A stretch of 63,047 bases of DNA, counting the filler, from Reticulomyxa filosa (Eukaryota > Protista > Foraminifera): NCBI GenBank assembly GCA_000512085.1. It is 17 parts of 17 records of this genome, joined end to end, with 100 filler letters (N's around TTAATTAATTAA, not from the genome) between each part and the next. Parts side by side here need not be neighbours in the genome. Positions count along the whole stretch, not along the records: positions 56,219 to 58,236 come from ASPP01043274.1; positions 58,337 to 59,495 come from ASPP01033226.1; positions 59,596 to 63,047 come from ASPP01024449.1; 14 more parts are not named here. The stretch is one strand, 5' to 3'. The notes under the pieces are model-generated. The model had not been told where the DNA came from, made no database searches, and was given only the letters and a program-made list of their open reading frames with translations. Positions 56,219-63,047 of the stretch are shown one piece after another; position 1 is the stretch's first letter; each line of letters opens with the position of its first letter. Both the position numbers and the translations under genes were made by a program.

Positions 56219-57646
56219 GGGTTTGTGGCTATTATTGTACCAAGCCATTTGGACACAATGGCAAACATCATACAATTCATGGAAATATGTTGCATTCCAA
56301 ATTCGTAGTTGAAAACAATAATTCTATCGAATTCAAAGTGCAAACAAAGAAAACTGTCAAGGACTCCACCACATCAACTGAAAAAGAAGTAATCGAAGAT
56401 ACTGTTCGTGTGTATACCACTGGAGATACTGCAGAGGCTGAGCTTTGTGATTTCTTTTGCGAGAAAATGGGAAGAGGTCATTTCCATCTGATCAAATGTA
56501 ACCACCTTGGTGAAAGCTGCGATATTGTACATACACAAAACAATGAGTCTTTTTATTTGCGAAGACATGCAAGTCCAGAGGAATGTGGAGGAAGAAAGGA
56601 TTTGGACAAAGTCACGCACGAGTATTATTGGAAAAAATGGTTGAAATTTGAAGATCCTTGTCAACCTTTATTGCAGAAACAATTTGAAAGATGCAATCAT
56701 TATTGCCCTCATCCAGATCATGAAAAAACCAAAGATGAATATGGTGAGGTCAAGAGATCTTATTGCGCAGAAAGACTGTGACACGATCCTGTGACAGAAC
56801 AAAAAAGTAACGCCGCCAACACTACTGTTATGGATGGTCATGTCTTCACATGTTCTCATCGCTCTAGCGACTATCATGTGTTAAGAAATTTTTTTTCTGA
56901 CCTATTCTCTTTACAAAAAAAAAGTATTTTTATTCACAAATATCTATTAAAGGATTTTTGCCATTGATATCAGTGGTAGTATGCAAGATTCTGATGTTAG
57001 ACCCAAAAGAATAGAAACACAGATTTACAAATCTACTCTTAATGCATGTGGTCTTAACAATAGATTAGGTGCAGCGTATGATGCCAGTTGAATATTTAAA
57101 CAAAACAACTTTAGGTCTATATTGTTTGTGGGAAACAAATGTGTAAATACATAACACTCAAAAATAGTTCACTCGTTTATTCAACAACGATGGCAAACAG
57201 GATGTAGAGACAAAGGAACGATCATATTTTATGAGAGTACAGCCAAAATTATTAAAGAAAATATAGCACTCAGTCTAGAGACAGTTCGTGATGTTCTTCT
57301 TCCTGCTCATGTACCATGGGGAGATACATCGTTTGTTAACGCCATTCGCTGCGTCTACAATGTTGTGAAACGAAATGCATCAAAGCCTATTGTCCTTATT
57401 TTTTTGACTGATGGCGAATGTGGAGATAATGGAGCTTCTGAACTCTTGGCAGAAATCAAAGCATTTTGTCCCGATGGGTTTCATTTCTTCCCTTGTATTC
57501 TCAGCACAGGGAAGAGCTCTACTTTAGATAAGATGGCAAGAGCAGTTGATGCAACAGTAAAAAGTAATTTGGATGCAAATGGTTTGGAAACTCATTTTGT
57601 TAGAATTGCAAAGAAACTTACTAATATTTCATTTACTCAAGATTAG
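56219..57646 (+). CDS. Cys/His-rich region + C-terminal VWA domain protein, 5' partial, with an in-frame TGA (possible pseudogene)
   Basis: IFAIDISGSM (MIDAS DxSxS), GDTSF, LIFLTDGE; TGA at 56779-56781 followed by in-frame HDPV...DGHVFTC. Confidence 0.75.
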
Positions 57647-58378
57647 GATTTATATTTGTGTCCAATGATTAACTTTCTTTATTGTCTTCATTGGACAAAC
57701 TAGTTGTTTTTAAAACACTATTTTGGTCTTGAAATGAATCCTTTTGATGTTCAAATGAAAATTATTAATGTTTTTCTCTCACTCCAGCGCTTTTTAAAAA
57801 AGAAAAAGAAGACTTTAGAATATGTTAAAAAAGTGGTAATGAAAGTGATAATGTTGTTTTTTTTTAAGACGAAAAGAGTTTAATATTTTTATGAAGAAGC
57901 AACAAAATATCATGACAAGAAAGTAATCATCAGATTTTTTAGAAGACGTATATAAGATCGTACAGGATGCATTTGGGAAGATCAAAGCAAACATTTTTTG
58001 TATCTTTCACATCCAGTGTTATTCTTTGTCAACTTTTGATTGCACGTCATTCCTTATTTATTTTTTAATTATCTAGAGCAATACTGGATTTAACAAAATC
58101 GTGTCAGCTTCTTCTGATCACACAATTAAAGTATTGTGCGGAAAACTTGTATGTGCCTCAACTTTGTGAGTACATAATCTTTATTGTCTGTTTAATTTAA
58201 CAAATGGTGTTTTCCTCCTCTTTTTTTTGAAACGAANNNNNNNNNNNNNNNNNNNNNNNNNNNNNNNNNNNNNNNNNNNNTTAATTAATTAANNNNNNNN
58301 NNNNNNNNNNNNNNNNNNNNNNNNNNNNNNNNNNNNAATAATAATAATAATAATAATAATAAAAGATTAATTCCAGGA

Positions 58379-59409
58379 ATGGAAGATGTCAAAACAAATC
58401 ATACCGACTTATCAACAGGAGATCGCTTCATGGTGATTGACATGGGTGGAGGCACCGTCGATATCGCATGCCACGAAATTGTCGGCGACTACAAGGTGAA
58501 AGAGCTGCTGGCGCCATCGGGAGGCGCTTGGGGGAGTACGTACATCGACAAGAACCTGGTGCACTTTTTGTACCAAATCTTTGGTGAGACAGAGATGCGG
58601 AAGTTCCAATCCACCCATCCGGACAAATTTGCCATCTTCGAAAACAACATCGAATCCGCGAAAATCAATTTCTGTGCCACCCGAGTTTATCGTCCCCAAT
58701 TTTACGGCATCGATGTACCCCCTACCTTCACCGACTTTATGCTGGATACGTATACCACACAGGCCCCCTCCGGCGATGATAACTCTGTCTTTCAATTTTT
58801 GCAAGCCAAAGTAAAGAGCTACTCTTTCAATAACACTTCCGGGTATTATATATACATATATATACGTATATGTACATATATATATATGTATATGTTATTA
58901 GATTATTCGACTACGATGGACGCTATTTGAACATATCCACCAAAGTTTGGAACAATTTGTTTGATTCGAATCTCAAAGAAATTTTTGGACAGATTGAAAA
59001 ACTACTTATTTCTGAAGTATTCAAAAAACAGCCTCTAAAATATATGTTTTTGGCCGGAGGCTTTGCGTGCTCCAAGTACGTGCAAGAACAGTTCAAAATA
59101 CATTTTAAAGATTGCTCGTTTCGAATTATCATCCCGCAGTATCCTCTGCTATCCGTTGTCGATGGTGCCGCTCAACTAGGCAAACGCGCCATCTCCATCG
59201 AAAAACAGGCTGCATTTGTCACCAGCCACATCATGCCGAGGACGTATGGCATACGCACGTGCTGGGGGGTCGATAGGGCTCTTGCCCATCCCAAAGTCAA
59301 ATCCTTTGTCAAACAGAACACATTCTTTTCCGACGTCAGCAATGAAATGCTTGTCAAAAATTGCTTTTCGGTGTTTGTCAAGCAAGGCGAATCGGTCTCG
59401 ATTGACAAG
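58379..59409 (+). CDS. HSPA12-like atypical Hsp70, internal fragment (intron about 58843-58900)
   Basis: FMVIDMGGGTVDI, SGGAWGSTYID, MFLAGGFACSKY, LSVVDGA, RTYGI. Confidence 0.85.
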
Positions 59410-59454
59410 GTTAAGTTTATGGTAGGGGAGGGAAAAAAAAAAAAAATTGGAAGG

Positions 59455-59495
<41 letters not shown>

Positions 59496-59595
59496 NNNNN
59501 NNNNNNNNNNNNNNNNNNNNNNNNNNNNNNNNNNNNNNNTTAATTAATTAANNNNNNNNNNNNNNNNNNNNNNNNNNNNNNNNNNNNNNNNNNNN

Positions 59596-60034
59596 TGATA
59601 AACTCGTTGTCAATTATGTTAGTTCATTTGTATTTTCTTTTCTTTAAATACTAACCAAAATATTCAAATGTTTATTTTACATAGGTAAATGACGTATTCA
59701 TGTTTGACACATTTCGCTCATCATCCAAATTAATCAATACATTCACTGGACACACATATATTGTATGGTCTGTTGAATATCACTATTTGTGATAAAGAAT
59801 AGTATTGGTAATTCAAATATGATATGTTCTGGATCAGGTGATAATACAATTCGTTTTTGGGATATTCGATCAAATAAGAATCAATTGTATATGATCAAAG
59901 GAGATAAAGAAGATTGTGGAATAACTTGTCTTAAATTTATTGAATTGAAGAAGAAAGAGAATACTAAGAATGTTACATATGGTTTGAATTTGTGTTATGG
60001 TTCAAGTAAAGGTCCCATTCGTATTTGGGGATAA
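59596..60034 (+). pseudogene. WD40-family copy, apparently collapsed to about one repeat, with frameshift
   Basis: DKLVVNY|intron|VNDVFMFDTFRSSSKLINTFTGHTYIVWSVEY, then a frameshift into the terminal repeat ICSGSGDNTIRFWD...IRIWG*. Confidence 0.65.
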
Positions 60035-61796
60035 TTTACTTTTTGCTCAATAAGAAATTAGAGTGCTTTTGCTTGAAAAGTTTGATTTAAAAAAGTGTGT
60101 TAAACATGTTTGATTTGATTGAATGCAAGCGTTAAAAGATATGTTTTATCTTATTTTGTTGTTTAAAAAAATGCACAAACCCAAGCCAATGACTATATAT
60201 TTTGAAAAGCCAAAAAAATCTCACAAATTTCAAAAACTTGTCTTGCCCTTTCCTTGTTTGTACAAAAGTTTTATAAAACAAAAGAAAAATTTTCTTACAT
60301 CTTATTTTTTTCTCAGAAAGAAAATTGAATAAAAAGTGTTTGTATAATTTAACAACAAAGATGATGATTATTGATTTTTGCTGGGCTCTTACTCTTTTTA
60401 AATTATTAACCTCTGCAAAGGAATTATTAACTTATACTCTCATGTATTTTGCTTCCATCGTAATGAGTAAACCTTTGACAAGACTTCACTGTAATAACAG
60501 AATATGCAATAAATAAATCATTTGAGACGATGTTCAAAGCACTACATGAGTCAATTAAATGTAAAAAAATTAAAAATTACATCTTTCATTAATGAAGAAG
60601 ATATGACTTTCCTTTTTAATTATTGCTATTTCTTTGTTTTTTGTATAAATAATGCACATATGTAATACATATACGTACCTGTTATATTTTCAATGGCATA
60701 AAATACTAACATCTTCAAAAACTTACATTGAAAAAAAGGTATTTTATTTGTGTCATCTTTTGATATTTTCTCTTTTATTGTTATTTCTTCAAGAGATAGA
60801 ACATTTCTTGATTTGTGTATGTTCTAAAAATGAAATTCAAATTATTTTATTTGTTTTACATTTGTTTGAGTATTATTGATCCAGTATTTCTTTACATATT
60901 GGTGCTACAAAAATACATAGGATCAAATAATTAGAATGACAGATTAAATGCCAACAATACAAAACAGAAATATTTATAATTGCATCTATATTTCATTGTA
61001 TTCAAATATAATTTAGCAGTGTGCTGTTTTTTTTTATTATTAAAAAGCCAATATTTTAAGCTACTTTAAAATGAGGAAGTCAAAATGATTTAATCAATAA
61101 ATATAAACATGAAAGTGTTTAAATATTATAAAAATGAATAATATTGTTTGTAAAGAGTTTTAAAATGATTACACTCAAAGAAGGATGAGAAAAAGCTTCA
61201 CGAAAAGGATAGTAAAAAAGTTGAAGCAGCATTATCATAATCTGAAAATTTTACTTTTTTGTTTTATAATTGATTAAACAAAATAAAATAAAACAGAAAG
61301 GAATTAGATTATAGTACTACAGCAAATCGCCTTTTTTTTGAAATCCAAATCAATGAGATATTTTGAGTTTTACCTTTTTTATAACGTATACAAAGTGATA
61401 CGTCCAATCGAAACATTGACTATTTTGCTGTACATATATTATTGAAATTATTGCTATTCTTTTTTCTAAGTCAAAAATTCATATCTTTATTGCTAGTGAA
61501 TTTTCAAAGGATATATTATATTTTTTCACAGCTGTATTTTAATACATTTATTCAACAATGCCTGATCAACTACATTTCCTTTTGTAGTTGATCAAACTGT
61601 CAAAAATCTATTATTACGTTATTGAAATAAAAATTACTAATTGTGGGTAATTCGAACGCTGAAAAATATCAATTATAAATATCTTAGGTACATATATATA
61701 AATGATTCAATATTATAGAATTTTGAATATATACATCAATTAGTATACAATATATATCATTATCATTTTTTTACACACAAATAACGACAATCAATA

Positions 61797-62302
61797 TACA
61801 GTATAGTAAAGTTGATACATTAAATGGTACCTTACATAAATGATTGATTTTCTTCATAAAAAACAACACAGACCTAATTTCTTTTATTTTAAATATATAC
61901 GAATTTTGTAGTTTTTAAATATCATTTTGAATTTAGTTTTTTATTAAATATTTCCTAATTGTTTAAAAAATGGATATTTTATTAATTTTTGAAAATTTTG
62001 AGAAAAAGTTGACAATCGGTACCTGTATCGTAACCATGAAATTTGCCAACTTTTTTAAGCATTTTCAGAAAGTATTCAATGCGTAATCCTTTTCAAAAAA
62101 AATAAAAAGAATTAAAAAACACAAATATCAAATTATACTAAACTAAAAAAAAAAAGGCGAAGTGTTGAAATAATAATAAAAACCAAAATGATATTTAAAA
62201 ACTACACGCTTTGTAGATATTTTTATTGTTTTTTCATGAAGAAAATCAATCATCTATATAAGATGCAGTTTTAGGTATCAACTTTATTTTTCATTCTACT
62301 GT
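61797..62302. repeat. Non-coding element bounded by imperfect ~70-bp inverted repeats; related copies at 45983-46230 and 47158-47246
   Basis: TAAAGTTGATAC...ATGATTGATTTTCTTCAT(G/A)AAAAAACAA forward at 61807-61866 and reverse-complemented at 62226-62286. Confidence 0.65.
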
Positions 62303-62751
62303 AGTGAGTGTATAATGCATTTTTTGATAGCTACAGTTGATCCAACATTATATCTTCTCTTCTTATTGTGTTTTAATTGATAAAAATTACCAATATTCTT
62401 ACTTTCTTGATGCATTATCTGTAATGATTCAGGGATATCCAACGTTTTTCGCAATAGAAAAGATATATATCATGAACTACTACAAAGACAATTATGTTCG
62501 ATTCTATACAAAAAACATACACTTGAAATATCTTGCAATTTATTTTGATATTTGATACAATTTTCACTTATTATGCAAGATTCTTTAAAAAACATTGAAC
62601 GCAGCTTTTTGAAGATTTTAAAAAACAAGGTAAGATAGAGCACGTCTGTCAATTCTTGCATTCAATCAATCAAATTTAATATCACTTTACTTTTTTTAAA
62701 TCAAACTTTTCAAGCAAAAGCACTCTAATTTCTTATCGAGCAAAATGTAAA

Positions 62752-63047
62752 TTATCCACAAATATGAATGGGACCTTTGCGTGAAGCATAACACAAATTC
62801 AAACCATATGTATTGTCTTTCTTCTTCAATGATACAAATTTAAGACAAATTATTCCACAATCTTCTTCATCTCCTTTGATCATATACAATTCATTCTTAT
62901 TTGATCGAGTATCCCAAAAACGAATTGTATTATCCCATGATCCAGAACATATCACATTCGAATTACCAATACTATTTTTTATTACAAATGGTGAATATTC
63001 AACAGACCATACATAACTTGTATGTCCATTGAATACTTGAATTTGTT
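62752..63047 (-). CDS. 3' end of a WD40-family gene
   Basis: QVFNGHTSYVWSVEYSPF...ICSGSWDNTIRFWD...LCYASRKGPIHICG*. Confidence 0.85.
   Translation of the reverse strand, partial: QIQVFNGHTSYVWSVEYSPFVIKNSIGNSNVICSGSWDNTIRFWDTRSNKNELYMIKGDEEDCGIICLKFVSLKKKDNTYGLNLCYASRKGPIHICG

Noticed and set aside
56779-56781. Genome-wide TGA=Trp reassignment
   Set aside because: TGA terminates other genes (3225-3227, 39421-39423, 55053-55055) and Trp is TGG elsewhere
58076-58140. IVSASSDHTIKVL WD40-like remnant
   Set aside because: Too short and degenerate to call as a feature

Overview
This window is not one locus. It is 17 short contigs joined by 16 identical artificial 100-nt spacers (44 N + TTAATTAATTAA + 44 N). 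Sixteen contigs are AT-rich, intron-containing eukaryotic DNA. Their expanded Kelch-like, WD40 and HSPA12-like families and TA/homopolymer-rich introns resemble the foraminiferan Reticulomyxa filosa (recognition, not a search). One contig (49303-50387) is bacterial: a RAYT transposase, REP hairpins and a glycosyltransferase. Recognisable genes include three multi-pass-membrane RGS fusion proteins, eL37 with a long basic tail, a divergent actin, a PI3K, a WNK-like kinase, a spastin-like AAA ATPase, an ankyrin protein, CFAP57/WDR65, a U1-type ZnF-GYF protein, a VWA protein and several pseudogenes. The best candidate for an undescribed system is a 10-exon gene at 50488-55055. It can be spliced in frame into chromo-like + chromodomain + two soluble ABC ATPases + a GNAT acyltransferase, i.e. 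a prokaryote/phage-type ABC-GNAT module attached to chromatin readers. Also notable are introns with 5' poly-T and 3' poly-A arms instead of a polypyrimidine tract. All domain calls come from reading motifs by eye and exon models are manual.
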